A program made the translations under genes and the position numbers. The notes beneath the pieces were generated by a model. It made no database searches. It saw only the letters and a list, made by a program, of their open reading frames with translations, and was not told where the DNA came from. Positions 45,801 through 54,865 of a stretch of DNA of 62,439 nt are shown here, one piece after another. Source of the DNA: an uncultured archaeon (GTDB taxonomy: Archaea > Iainarchaeota > Iainarchaeia > Iainarchaeales > 1-14-0-10-31-34); NCBI GenBank assembly GCA_964608675.1, contig CAZSOZ010000006.1, forward strand, positions 1 to 62,439. The letters are read 5' to 3'. How positions within the stretch are numbered: position 1 is the first letter of the stretch; each line of letters starts with the position of its first letter.

Positions 45801-46301
45801 ACCGCAATAGACAACGGAGGAAACGAAAGCAGTTATTCAAATGAAATTAATGCAAAAACAAAAAGTTCCCAGCAAATTATTGTGCCTGCTCCAACAGGAT
45901 TAACAGCAGAATACAAAGAAAACAAAATAGTAATTGAATGGAATCATGTTTCTCCATTGCCCGACAATTATATTTTACAGAAAAAAGAAAAAGAAGGCTA
46001 TTATGAAACAGCCAGCACTACTTCCAATAATTCATTTGAAGACACAGAAATAGAAGAAGGAAAAACATATTATTACAGGATTGCAGCATTCAAAAACGGA
46101 AAAAGAAGCAGTTATTCAAATGAAATAGAAATTAAAACAGAAGGCAAAGAATTAAACTGCGAACAAGACAATGAATGCAATCCTGACTGTGAAAACGATC
46201 CTGACTGCAATGAAACAAATTTTATTCCATGGGGAATAGGAGCAGCAATAATTGTGGTTTCAGCTGCATTAGCTTATATTTTCTTTACAGTTGACATTTA
46301 A
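42807..46301 (+). CDS. large surface protein with fibronectin type III and Ig-like domains, Cys-rich linkers, C-terminal TM
   Basis: FN3 patterns (P.NLT..., L.W, Y, GLTNETTYYFAV); V.FYVD Ig domains; TTG 42807 after GGGGAG preferred. Confidence 0.88.
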   Translation: MKGQNELIIGVVIAVIVIAGIAIQLMGSEGKSIIYFEGVCGDSQNSCDGSPPECSECSTEQPAISASWVGGGIRIDYSPMPITKLEKREIEGNWITLVEYPKVDYYIDGDVLPGANYEYRAIKNGFIERGTCQGNPPLCEWQCTAGTESCQKETISNTVSVPDPPETPSNFTAVKGSTPGTINLNWDEVANADYYKIKWHQSSYTLEGEYIVSTNTSVFTVEADPYLETTDDWEHRFEVYACKNTETCSSEAVAYGYPKIQAEISGPTEMLTGQEIVLEGKGLYVNDPPSDESQFAWSVINNTAECEYQESSSNTFTINNCQNSGTISVRLIVNARPTTFPDSAMTAKVITVNESSENTTITITNPPNNTILGTTSYGIQAETTNTEQIQKVDFYVDGELKDTKTNVNPITEKWEPSFVLDSQNYTTSNHSIYTIATDTSNQTYQSNLITFYAMVKPQNLTGVSGNQQVTLNWNKVQDADNYIIGYNTDNSNTYQTIIASQSDNPSTIISGLTNETTYYFAVKSCKGSPQVCGYWTENISVVPSTEATVPLTPENFTYTKGNTPGSFELSWSTTENTDYYEYIWGVMNLDESNTINLNHPTNSYSLQLTLDSQATDSWITRQKISACNSNGCSQPAYIMNSLPKIGAEINSVSNALINTDIVLTAKGQYLTEIDSQPTSYSWNITNNTADCTPTSLPAEKQTTISCTNSGSITLEATITQMPETDYEDTATAQKTITITGESDSSPPTVSIIQPADGSTVSDTITVKAQAVDNESAIKNVKFYVDDVLKSTDSSADTEGNYSFSLNTNEYSNAGHTIKAIAENDFGLTAEEYIVIQINNASSGPECGNSILEAGEDCEIDSHCPSQSKCDYDEQKFGRKTGTCSNCECFEGTWNYESKNSYNYCLRCNSCLDDETGNCNEDCGDTTPPSKPTGLQVIETTENIITIEWNANIESDLRRYSIYYGKNSGSYMNETFADDDETMTAITGLESNTEYFIAITAIDNGGNESSYSNEINAKTKSSQQIIVPAPTGLTAEYKENKIVIEWNHVSPLPDNYILQKKEKEGYYETASTTSNNSFEDTEIEEGKTYYYRIAAFKNGKRSSYSNEIEIKTEGKELNCEQDNECNPDCENDPDCNETNFIPWGIGAAIIVVSAALAYIFFTVDI

Positions 46302-46313
46302 AGGTGAAAAAAA

Positions 46314-46613
46314 ATGTTTTGGAAAAATAAAAGTAATATTTCCATCAGATTTACTTTAATTGCATTAATTATAGGTTTTATTGCAGGATTTTTTTCTCTT
46401 ATTTATTTAAGCAGTACAGGAAACCTTTTGCTTGAATTAAACCAAAAGCCGTGCTATAAATATATTGGAGAAGACAATGATTCATTCTGTGATGAAAAAG
46501 GAAGGCTTCATCTTTATTTTGAAGGAAACAGCAAACTTGAAGAAGGATGGTATATTAATGATGAATCAGAAAAATGTGTTCCCTGCAGTCAAATAACAGG
46601 AGGAAAAAAATGA
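46314..46613 (+). CDS. small membrane-anchored Cys-containing protein
   Basis: SD AGGTGA, N-terminal TM, 4 Cys. Confidence 0.65.
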   Translation: MFWKNKSNISIRFTLIALIIGFIAGFFSLIYLSSTGNLLLELNQKPCYKYIGEDNDSFCDEKGRLHLYFEGNSKLEEGWYINDESEKCVPCSQITGGKK

Positions 46614-46840
46614 ATTCAAAAGAAAAAAGAATGAGTTTAATTTTTGCAATGTTTTTTGTTGCAGCATTAATTATAACGGTTTCATTCAATGAAGGCGTTG
46701 AAGGGCAGGCAGTAAAACAATTTAATTCATTAACAGAAAAAAACAATTACTGTGAATCCTTCTGCGATGAAGAAATGAACAAAAAAGAAACAGAATTTGG
46801 CAGTTGGATTGACTGCCATGAAAAATGCATTAAAAACTAA
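46610..46840 (+). CDS. small membrane-anchored Cys-containing protein
   Basis: SD GGAGG, ATGA overlap, TM, CxxxC twice. Confidence 0.65.
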   Translation: MNSKEKRMSLIFAMFFVAALIITVSFNEGVEGQAVKQFNSLTEKNNYCESFCDEEMNKKETEFGSWIDCHEKCIKN

Positions 46841-47191
46841 TTATTTTTTTTCTTCTTTTGTTTCTTTTTCCTGTGTTCCTTCGATTTTCTTTTTGAGTTT
46901 ATTTAGTTTGTCTACTGAAATTTCTTCCTGCTTTTTAACTGTTTTCAATCTTAATTCCATTCCTTCAATTTCCTTATTTAAGTCTTTTTTTACTTCTTCA
47001 ACTGGAGTCTGAAGCATTATGTTTCCAACGGCCTTGAAAACTTTTTCTTCTTTTGTTTTATTTAATTCCTCCAAAGCATCTTTAAGTAATTTGGTTTGGA
47101 ATTCAATTTGTTGTTTCTGAGAAGACAACTGCATTAACTGGTTTCTTTGCCTCTCAAAATCAATTCTATCCTGCTGAGTTTCTGCATCCAT
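46841..47191 (-). CDS. pfdB: prefoldin beta subunit
   Basis: ALEEL...KVFKAVGNIM hairpin; exosome operon position. Confidence 0.93.
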   Translation of the reverse strand: MDAETQQDRIDFERQRNQLMQLSSQKQQIEFQTKLLKDALEELNKTKEEKVFKAVGNIMLQTPVEEVKKDLNKEIEGMELRLKTVKKQEEISVDKLNKLKKKIEGTQEKETKEEKK

Positions 47192-47196
47192 GATTT

Positions 47197-47457
47197 TTAC
47201 CTCCTCTTGTTTAAATCATTAAAAAGAATTAAAGGCTTTAAAACTGAATTAAATGAAGCCCTTAACGCAGTTTTATCTTTTGCTTTAATATTAATTAAAA
47301 AAAAATTCTTTTTAAGTGTAATGCTTGTAATGCTTCTTGCTCTTGAATCCATTACATCTAATGCAATTGCTTTCAAAGCTTTTTCTGATTCTTGTTTTGA
47401 GTTAAATTCAATGCTTGCATCCAAAAAAAAATTGTAATCATTTAAATTTAATTCCAT
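47197..47457 (-). CDS. pcc1: KEOPS subunit Pcc1
   Basis: IKAKDKTALRASFNS. Confidence 0.88.
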   Translation of the reverse strand: MELNLNDYNFFLDASIEFNSKQESEKALKAIALDVMDSRARSITSITLKKNFFLINIKAKDKTALRASFNSVLKPLILFNDLNKRR

Positions 47458-47470
47458 TAAAAAAACCTTA

Positions 47471-47632
47471 TTATTCTGCTTTAATTTTCCTTAAAACAGG
47501 CTGTCTTTGTTTGCTTATTATTTTATACGCACAGGCAGGACAACGAAAAACTCCTTTTGGAAGTTCATCAAAGGCTTCCCCGCATTTCTCGCATTTATAT
47601 TTTCCGCTTTGAGGTTCTTCTTTTTTGCTCAT
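47471..47632 (-). CDS. rpoP: RNA polymerase subunit P (Rpo12), 53 aa, absent from ORF track
   Basis: Manual translation MSKKEEPQSGKYKCEKCGEAFDELPKGVFRCPACAYKIISKQRQPVLRKIKAE*. Confidence 0.92.
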   Translation of the reverse strand: MSKKEEPQSGKYKCEKCGEAFDELPKGVFRCPACAYKIISKQRQPVLRKIKAE

Positions 47633-48039
47633 TTTTTATCCTCCTTTTCTTTGCTTTTGCCGGCCTGTTTTTTTATTCCCAAAACATTTTTTGCTTTAGT
47701 TAAAAGATTTTCTTTTTTTGTTTCTTTTTCTTTTGGTTTTTCTTCAGGCAGGCCAGGTTCTTCTTTTGAAGCCGAAGAAAACTGTTTTTGTGAAACCATT
47801 TTCTTAATTAAAGAGCCAGTCATTGTTTCAGGAACATAAGCTCCTCCTGCAAACCTTTTACTGCATTTAGAGCACTCAAAAATTCCTGCAGATTTTCTTT
47901 TTAAAGTTCCTAAACCGCATTCAGGGCATCTTTGTTTTTCTCTCTGCTTGTCTTCTACTTTAAGAATTCTTTTTCTTATTCCCACTCCATACCTTGAACC
48001 AAATCTGCCGGTTGAATGAACTTTTCTTGTTTTAGCCAT
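47629..48039 (-). CDS. rpl37ae: 50S ribosomal protein L37ae (eL43) with C-terminal extension
   Basis: GRFGSRYG, CPEC, GIFECSKC, FAGGAY. Confidence 0.96.
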   Translation of the reverse strand: MAKTRKVHSTGRFGSRYGVGIRKRILKVEDKQREKQRCPECGLGTLKRKSAGIFECSKCSKRFAGGAYVPETMTGSLIKKMVSQKQFSSASKEEPGLPEEKPKEKETKKENLLTKAKNVLGIKKQAGKSKEKEDKK

Positions 48040-48051
48040 TTTTTTTCTCCT

Positions 48052-48834
48052 CTACAACATTTTTCTTATTTCTTTTCCTGCCTTAAATGCAATATCAATT
48101 GCAGTATCTACGTCGTCTTTTTTAATTGAACCGCTTAATCCTTTCTGAAAAGCAGAAACAAAATTGTCTTCTGTTGTTGCAACAGAAAATCTTGCCTGCA
48201 TTGCTGTTTCTTCAAGCAGAGCAGGATCAACAACAAGATTGTTTCCTATTTTTGCAAAAGTACTCAATAAAGGTTTTCTTTCCAGTTTAAGTTTTCCTGA
48301 AAATTCGTCTTTAACGATTCTTCCATCCTCGATTTTTGGGATTTTTGCATTATTTAAAGCAGAGATTGCTGCAATAGCGCTTGCGTCAAACAGGTTTCCA
48401 TCAAAATTAATTGCATAAATGTCAACAAAACCAATCAAAACTGTTTCTCCTTCAGTTATGCATAATTTCTTGAAGTCAACTGCTTTTGATTCTCTTATTC
48501 CTCTGTCCACAACCCTTGATAATTCAATTGAATCTGAAGAAGGAGGACCTGAATCAAAAGACGGAGAAGCCAAAGGAATTAATTCTGCTCCAACAGAAAT
48601 TGTTCCTTCACTAGGAGAATCAGGATAAGGTTCTCCTGAAATAAATTTTACTCCTGCTATAACTTCTGTTTCCCCCAAAAAAACTTTGGTTGAACCTTCA
48701 GCGTTATGAAACAAGTCTTTTTCTATTTTTATTTCCCTGTATTCATCTAATTTTCTTCCATCAAGCCTTTTTCCTTCTTTAAGGCTGTCCAAAACTTTAT
48801 CTGATTTTAATTCTAATAAAACATTTTTCTGCAT
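48052..48834 (-). CDS. rrp42: exosome subunit Rrp42
   Basis: RLDGRKLDEYR, AEGS, ELSRVVDRGIRES, DGNLFDA. Confidence 0.96.
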   Translation of the reverse strand: MQKNVLLELKSDKVLDSLKEGKRLDGRKLDEYREIKIEKDLFHNAEGSTKVFLGETEVIAGVKFISGEPYPDSPSEGTISVGAELIPLASPSFDSGPPSSDSIELSRVVDRGIRESKAVDFKKLCITEGETVLIGFVDIYAINFDGNLFDASAIAAISALNNAKIPKIEDGRIVKDEFSGKLKLERKPLLSTFAKIGNNLVVDPALLEETAMQARFSVATTEDNFVSAFQKGLSGSIKKDDVDTAIDIAFKAGKEIRKML

Positions 48835-48836
48835 TT

Positions 48837-49664
48837 TTATTGCACCCCTGTTTTAACTTCTTTTTTTTCTTCTTTTTTTTGTTCCTTTTCTTGTTGCTTT
48901 TTTTCTTCAGGTTTTAATTCTTTTTTTTCTTCAATAGATTCTGCTCCTTTAAATTGTTCCTTTAATGCATTCACTTGAATTTTTTTTATGTCATCCAAAG
49001 CCTTCAAAGACAATTCATATGCTTCATCCCATTCTTTTTTTGAGAAAAGCCCATCCATTTGAAGCAAAACTATTTCTTTTGAGTTAGTCATCATTGCAAT
49101 AGGCATGTCAACTGCATCAGGAGCATCTTCTTCTTCCTTGTTTAAATCAACAACTATTTTTCCGTCAATTCTTCCTACTGCCACAGAACTTACAAGGTCT
49201 TTCATTGGAATTCCTGCATCAGCCAAAGCCACTGAAGCAGCAGTTAAAGCTGCAGCCCTTGAACCAGCATTGCTGTCCAAAATCTGAGCCCAAACTTCAA
49301 TCTGAGTATTTGGAAATTTTTCCAGCAAAACTGCTTTTTCTAATGCTTCTCCGCATACTTTGGAAATTTCAATGTCTCTTCTTCCTGGTTTAGGGTTCTT
49401 TCTGTCAGGAACAGAAAAAGCAGCCATCCTGTAAGTAAACCTGATTAAAGCCCTTAAAGGATCAGATAAATGTTTTGGTAAAACTTCTCTTGGCCCTTGA
49501 ACCGAAACAAGAACTTTGTTGTAGCCCCATTCAAGATAACAGGAGCCTTTTGCATTTTTTAATACTCCTGCCTTAATTTTTAAAGGCCTTATTTCATCTG
49601 TTTTTCTTCCATCTAATCTTATTCCTTTTTTATTTACATATTCTTTTTTTTCTTCTTTTTTCAA
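48837..49664 (-). CDS. rrp41: exosome subunit Rrp41
   Basis: RLDGRK..E.RP, GPRE, RRDIEIS, DMP, LLQMDG. Confidence 0.96.
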   Translation of the reverse strand: MKKEEKKEYVNKKGIRLDGRKTDEIRPLKIKAGVLKNAKGSCYLEWGYNKVLVSVQGPREVLPKHLSDPLRALIRFTYRMAAFSVPDRKNPKPGRRDIEISKVCGEALEKAVLLEKFPNTQIEVWAQILDSNAGSRAAALTAASVALADAGIPMKDLVSSVAVGRIDGKIVVDLNKEEEDAPDAVDMPIAMMTNSKEIVLLQMDGLFSKKEWDEAYELSLKALDDIKKIQVNALKEQFKGAESIEEKKELKPEEKKQQEKEQKKEEKKEVKTGVQ

Positions 49665-49670
49665 TTTATT

Positions 49671-50282
49671 TCACCTTTTTTGTTTTGACAAAAATTCAGT
49701 TATTTTGTTTGTTAAATTCGGCAGATGAGCTTCTTCTTCAATTATTTTAATTGCTTTTAAAAGAAGTTCAACATTTCCTCCTTTAGCCCAAATTCTTCCG
49801 TTTCTTCCAACCATAATATTACAGTTGGTTCCTCTTTTCAATACTTCAAGCATTGAACCATTTTTTCCAATGACTCTTGGAATTTTAACAGGAGAAATAT
49901 TCAGGATTTCTCCTCCATAAAAAACTCTTGGTTCAGATAAATCCGCGTCATTAACTTCATTTACTCTTAAAATTTTAACTGAAACAATTGATTTCTTTTT
50001 TAAAGGCTCTCTTACTCCGTCTTTTGACATAAAAGACAAAGAAAACGAACCAATATCTACAAGAAAACCTGAAAATAATTCAGAGACAACCAAACCAATA
50101 ACAATGTCTCCTGTTTTTGGGACATAAAATCCCTTTAAAGGAACAACAGAAGCAGTCATTGATTCATTATCTGTTATTCCAATTACATCAGAATAAATTT
50201 TTCCGCTTGAAGAATAAGCATGCTCTCCTGTTCTCTTTCTTTGTTCGGTTATAACTTCTCCGGGCACAACAATTTTTTTCAT
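49671..50282 (-). CDS. rrp4: exosome RNA-binding subunit Rrp4
   Basis: VVPGE, Y.PK.GDIVIG, KIPRVIGKNGSM, GRNGRIW. Confidence 0.95.
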   Translation of the reverse strand: MKKIVVPGEVITEQRKRTGEHAYSSSGKIYSDVIGITDNESMTASVVPLKGFYVPKTGDIVIGLVVSELFSGFLVDIGSFSLSFMSKDGVREPLKKKSIVSVKILRVNEVNDADLSEPRVFYGGEILNISPVKIPRVIGKNGSMLEVLKRGTNCNIMVGRNGRIWAKGGNVELLLKAIKIIEEEAHLPNLTNKITEFLSKQKR

Positions 50283-50299
50283 TTAATTCACTCCTTTTA

Positions 50300-50989
50300 C
50301 TATAATATTTTTGACTCCATGTCTCCTTTAGTTAAACTATTTAAACTGTTCAATAAATCTTCTTTTGCTCCTGCAGGAATTTCAACTACTGCAACAAGAC
50401 TTCCATCTGACTGCCATTCCTCCTGCTTTAATTCATATTTATGAAGCAGGGGACTTGCTCTTCCTGCACTATGAGAAGGAATCTTAAAAGCAATTCTTAT
50501 TTTTTCCAAAGAAATCGGAATCAAAGTCTTAATTTTATTCATTATTTCAGGAAGCTGTTCCTGAACTGATTTCATAGGATCAACATGAATTTTTGCTTCC
50601 TCTAAAACATTTTCAATTCTTTGAGGAGGATGAGGAGTTTTATTTTGAGGATTAATTCCATTCCTTGAAATAAAATTAATTAATTCTTTTTTTCTTTGTT
50701 CAACCATTGCTTTTCTTTGTTCGGTAGTTAATTGAACTCTTCCTTCTTTAATTATTTTTTCTGCAATTTGTTCTATTTCAGTTGAACCAAAAATTTTGTT
50801 TATTGTTTCATGTGATGCTTCAGTTCCTTTATTGGCGTCCTTAAAAACTGTGTCAATTGCAAGCAGTTCATTAAAATTAATGTTTTTTCCTTTCTTTAAA
50901 TCCAAAGCAAGATCTGCATCAACTAAAATCTCAAATTTTTCTCCTTCTCTTTCATACCTTGCAATTACTGCATCATTTACTTTTACCAT
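50300..50989 (-). CDS. ribosome maturation factor SBDS/SDO1
   Basis: GEKFEILVD, QLTTEQR, PHPPQRIE. Confidence 0.96.
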   Translation of the reverse strand: MVKVNDAVIARYEREGEKFEILVDADLALDLKKGKNINFNELLAIDTVFKDANKGTEASHETINKIFGSTEIEQIAEKIIKEGRVQLTTEQRKAMVEQRKKELINFISRNGINPQNKTPHPPQRIENVLEEAKIHVDPMKSVQEQLPEIMNKIKTLIPISLEKIRIAFKIPSHSAGRASPLLHKYELKQEEWQSDGSLVAVVEIPAGAKEDLLNSLNSLTKGDMESKIL

Positions 50990-51027
50990 GAAAAAACCTT
51001 TTTCAAATTAAAAACTATTAAAAAAAA

Positions 51028-51765
51028 TTATTTTTTATTTGAAGTAAAACTAACAAGTTCTTCTTTTTTTAATCTCTTTAAGCTTACTCCTTGTTCAATA
51101 AAACCAAAATCAACTTTTGATAAATCAAATTTTTCGTTTTCAGGAATGCTTGCTTTCATTGCAGTAATCATTAAATTCACTGCATCTTTTTTAGTCATGT
51201 TTTCCTTGTAGCCTGCTTCAAGAATTTTCATTGCTTCCTTTTTGTTTTTTCCTATAGCAATAGCCTTGTATTCAGCCAAAGCACCTGAAGGTTCAGTTTC
51301 AAACAATCTTTTGTTTCCTGTGTTAGGGTCAATTCCTCCAAACATAAAACTTACTCCAAACGGCCTCATTCCCCCGTATTGAGTAAAAACCTGCATTATT
51401 GCAGCAATTTTTTTCACTAAAGTTTCAATATGAATTGATTCACCATAATACGCTTGATTTTCCTGGCATTCCTGTCTTGCAATTTGAATTAATCTTCTTG
51501 CGTCTCCAACCAAACCAGAAGAAATTGCCGCAATATGGTCGTCAACCAAAAAAAGTTTTTCAACTGATTCAGGCAGAATCAAAGAACTTGAAACTTTTTT
51601 GTCTGCACCAAACAAAATTCCTTTATCATAAATGAATCCGATTCCAAGAGTGCCTTGTTCAACAATTTTTGAAGCATACTCTACTTGATACAGTCTCCCG
51701 TCAGGAGAAAACATTGTTGCAGCTCTGTCATATGCTGCGGTAGAAGCTTTAGAACCAGGATACAA
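51028..51765 (-). CDS. psmA: proteasome alpha subunit
   Basis: YDRAATMFSPDGRLYQVEYA, RPFGVS; TTG start after AGGTGA. Confidence 0.98.
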   Translation of the reverse strand: MYPGSKASTAAYDRAATMFSPDGRLYQVEYASKIVEQGTLGIGFIYDKGILFGADKKVSSSLILPESVEKLFLVDDHIAAISSGLVGDARRLIQIARQECQENQAYYGESIHIETLVKKIAAIMQVFTQYGGMRPFGVSFMFGGIDPNTGNKRLFETEPSGALAEYKAIAIGKNKKEAMKILEAGYKENMTKKDAVNLMITAMKASIPENEKFDLSKVDFGFIEQGVSLKRLKKEELVSFTSNKK

Positions 51766-51834
51766 AAAATCACCTTTAATTCGTTTTTTTCTCTTTCTAA
51801 ATAATTAAATACAAATACTTTTATAAAAGGAACT

Positions 51835-52182
51835 TCAAATAAAAGATTTGGCTTTTTTTGCGGTTCCTGAAGCCTTCAAAGTCTTGGGAATAACTTGAAT
51901 TCCCTTTACTTCTTTAAACAAAAGCAACCCTGCTTTTAAGTCATCTAAAGCCGTATGCCTGCATTTCAAAATTCCTTTATTTGATTTTTCATTGAATTGA
52001 ATGAACTGATAATTCATTTTGCTTAAACCTAATTCTCCAAACAGTTTCAAAAAATTTTTTTTTAATTCAAAACTGACTTCTCTTTCATTCAATCTTTTAT
52101 CACAAATTAATTCAAAAACCAAATATCTTTTTTTGTCCCTCAAAGACAAAGGAATCGGATTCAAGGATTTTTTTGTTTTCAT
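51835..52182 (-). CDS. rnp2: RNase P protein Pop5
   Basis: LRDKKRYLVF, LFGELG, SGT.KKA. Confidence 0.92.
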   Translation of the reverse strand: MKTKKSLNPIPLSLRDKKRYLVFELICDKRLNEREVSFELKKNFLKLFGELGLSKMNYQFIQFNEKSNKGILKCRHTALDDLKAGLLLFKEVKGIQVIPKTLKASGTAKKAKSFI

Positions 52183-52290
52183 CAAAAAAAAAACAGTATA
52201 AAAAAGATTAAAAAGCTTGAATGAATCATTTTTTGTATGGATTCCAAAGAAATTGCAAGAAAAATAAAACATAAAAAAAAAATAAAGTAG

Positions 52291-52884
52291 TTATTCAATT
52301 ATTTTTTCAAATTTTTTTTCTAAAAAACTTTTGAATGCCTCAAGCTCTTTGACTGAACGCAGTTCAAAAAAATTTTTTGCAAAAGATACAACTAAAACAT
52401 TTAATTTAAATTTACTGCTTAATTTAAGCATAAAAGAATAATTTTTGGCTAAAGAAACTCTTTTTGAATGAACTGCATTCAAAAAACTGCTGAAAGGAAT
52501 CAAAATTTCAGTTGAATTTTCTTTTGCAATTCTTGCAATAGCAGTGTCAAAAGTAAGTTTTCCTTCACTGCAGGGCGCAAACAAAAAATCAATTTTTTTG
52601 TTTGAAACAGCAAACTTATTCAAAGAAACATTTCCTCCAAAAACACCAATAAAATCTGCTTTGTTTTTGAATTTATTAATTTCTTTTGAATCAGACTTGA
52701 AAAGCAGATGACAAAAAAAGAATTTAACTGAAAATTTTTCTTTTCTTGTTTTTTCTTTTAATTCCTGTAATTCTTTTTCAGAAAAATTTTTACACAAAAC
52801 AACTTCATGGTTTTCTAGTTGTGTTTCTTTTTCAGCTAATTCACTTAAATTAAATTCACTTGAATAAAAAACAAAATCTTTCAT
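52291..52884 (-). CDS. rnp3: RNase P protein Rpp30
   Basis: GGN...NKFAV...IDFL, S.A....ELRS; operon position. Confidence 0.85.
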   Translation of the reverse strand: MKDFVFYSSEFNLSELAEKETQLENHEVVLCKNFSEKELQELKEKTRKEKFSVKFFFCHLLFKSDSKEINKFKNKADFIGVFGGNVSLNKFAVSNKKIDFLFAPCSEGKLTFDTAIARIAKENSTEILIPFSSFLNAVHSKRVSLAKNYSFMLKLSSKFKLNVLVVSFAKNFFELRSVKELEAFKSFLEKKFEKIIE

Positions 52885-52916
52885 CTAAAAATTAAATAAA
52901 AAAAAGAAGTTAAAGT

Positions 52917-53516
52917 TTAGCCTTTTCTGTTATTGCTTCTTCTGCTCGGCCTTACCTTATGAGTTGATTTTTTTCTTGTTTTATGTCCTCTGGATTTTTT
53001 GCCCTGAGAAGTTAAGCCTCTTTCGCTTCTTCCTTTTTGTTCTTTTTCTGTAATCCATTTTAAGTCTTTGTCTGATTTAATTTCAGGAGCATTCACGTCA
53101 ACTAAAATTACTTCAAAATACTTGTTTTTTCCATCTTCTCCAATCCAATAAGAATTCAATACCTCGCAATTAGAAAACTTTCTTGAAGCCCTTTGTTCTG
53201 CCATTACCTGAATACTTTTTCTTCTGGTAAGTTTTTTTATTCCCATTCTTTTAGGTCTTCTTGCTCTATGAACTCTTGTTTTTGTTCCTGTCCCTTTTCT
53301 GATTCTCACTCTAACCGCAAAAATTCCTTTTTTGGCTTTATAACCCAAACTTCTTGCTCTGGGAATATTTGTAGGTTTATCAAGTTTAATTACTGATTCT
53401 TTTTCTTTTCTGTATCCAATAAGCCTGTCTTTATACAGTTTATTATAATTGTAATCAGAATTTTCTCCTGAAAACTCTTTTTGGAAGGTTTCTTTTACTA
53501 AATTACCATAAGGCAT
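52917..53516 (-). CDS. rpl15e: 50S ribosomal protein L15e
   Basis: ARSLGYKAK, VLNSYWIGEDG..KYFEVILVD, RGLTS. Confidence 0.98.
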   Translation of the reverse strand: MPYGNLVKETFQKEFSGENSDYNYNKLYKDRLIGYRKEKESVIKLDKPTNIPRARSLGYKAKKGIFAVRVRIRKGTGTKTRVHRARRPKRMGIKKLTRRKSIQVMAEQRASRKFSNCEVLNSYWIGEDGKNKYFEVILVDVNAPEIKSDKDLKWITEKEQKGRSERGLTSQGKKSRGHKTRKKSTHKVRPSRRSNNRKG

Positions 53517-53697
53517 AAAATCACATTAAAAACTCTAAAAAAATAAGTTTTAACAGCAATAATATTTCTTCAACATAAGAGAATTTAAAGGTTATGTTCT
53601 TCTTTTGTCTTCTTTTTACAGTCTTTTTTTTAGTTTAATTAAATTCTTTAAAAAAACTATTTCAACAGAAATATTTATACTTTTTGTATGTGATTGA

Positions 53698-54612
53698 ATG
53701 ATTTCATGTGATAAATGCTCAAAAAAAGCAAAATTTTTTCTGGAATACGGGCCAATGAAATACTGCCCAGAACACTTCAATAATTTTTTTGAACAAAGAT
53801 TCAAAAAAACAATCAGAAAATACAGTTTACTTAAAAAAAAAGACGTAATTGCAGTCGGAGTTTCAGGAGGAAAAGATTCAATGACTTTGCTTTATTTGCT
53901 AAAAAAATTTTATTCAAAAGAACAAAAAATAAAAGCTTTAATGATAAATGAAGGAATTCCAAAATACAGAGATAAATCATTAAAGCTCGCAAAAAAAGAA
54001 GCAGAAAAACTTGAAGTAGAATTCAAGGAAATTTCATTTAAGGAACGGCTGGGAAAAACAATGATTGACGTAATGAAAAAAACAGGAAGAAAAAAAACAA
54101 TTGGTTCAACCTGCAGTTTTTGCGGACCATTCAGAAGAAAACTATTAAACGAAGGAGCAATAGAATTAAATGCAACCAAACTTGCAACAGGACACAATTT
54201 AGATGATGAAGTACAAAGTATTGCCATGAATTTTTTTGACAACGACTTAAAAAGAATGTCAAGGCTGGGAGCAAAAACAAAGGGAACAAAAAAACTTCTT
54301 CCAAGAATAAAGCCATTGTATTTGACTCCTGAAAAAGAAATTATTGCTTTCGCTGAATTAAACCAAATAAATTACTTTAAAGAACACTGCTGTCCTTTTT
54401 CATGGCAGGCAAAAAGAAACGATTTCAGAAGCATGCTAAATCAAATGGAAAACAGATTTCCTGGAACCTTTTATTCAATTTTGTCGTCTTTTGAAAACTT
54501 TCAGCCTTTGCTTAAAGATAAATTCAAAGAAGAAAATTACTGCAAAGAATGCGGCGCATCAAGCTCTAAAAACCTTTGCTCTGCATGTGTCAAACTTAAA
54601 AAATTATCTTAA
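53698..54612 (+). CDS. tRNA 2-thiolation protein (TtuA/NcsA, TIGR00269-like)
   Basis: SGGKDS PP-loop, CSFC, TGHNLDD, RIKPL, N- and C-terminal zinc fingers. Confidence 0.92.
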   Translation: MISCDKCSKKAKFFLEYGPMKYCPEHFNNFFEQRFKKTIRKYSLLKKKDVIAVGVSGGKDSMTLLYLLKKFYSKEQKIKALMINEGIPKYRDKSLKLAKKEAEKLEVEFKEISFKERLGKTMIDVMKKTGRKKTIGSTCSFCGPFRRKLLNEGAIELNATKLATGHNLDDEVQSIAMNFFDNDLKRMSRLGAKTKGTKKLLPRIKPLYLTPEKEIIAFAELNQINYFKEHCCPFSWQAKRNDFRSMLNQMENRFPGTFYSILSSFENFQPLLKDKFKEENYCKECGASSSKNLCSACVKLKKLS

Positions 54613-54681
54613 CAAAAAATTGTAAGTTTTATGTTTTACCGCAATAAATTTTTGATAAAACTTTTTTTTAAAAAGTTTTTT

Positions 54682-54753
54682 GGGCCTGTGGTCTAGTGGT
54701 ATGACGTCTGCTTGACGTGCAGAAGACTGGCGGTTCGATTCCGCCCAGGCCCA
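54682..54753 (+). tRNA. tRNA-Val(GAC)
   Basis: GGGCCTG/CAGGCCC, TCTGC-TTGACGT-GCAGA, TTCGATT. Confidence 0.97.
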
Positions 54754-54841
54754 TCACGTTTTCGGGCGCGGAAACCAAAGCACTGCCTTTGCTTGGAGCC
54801 AATAAAACAAGTCAACGAAACTGACACTTTTTTTTGGCAGC

Positions 54842-54865
54842 CTGCCTTTTTGTAAAAAAAGGCAG
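54842..54865. repeat. palindrome related to 10336-10355
   Basis: ctgccttttt-gtaa-aaaaaggcag. Confidence 0.75.
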
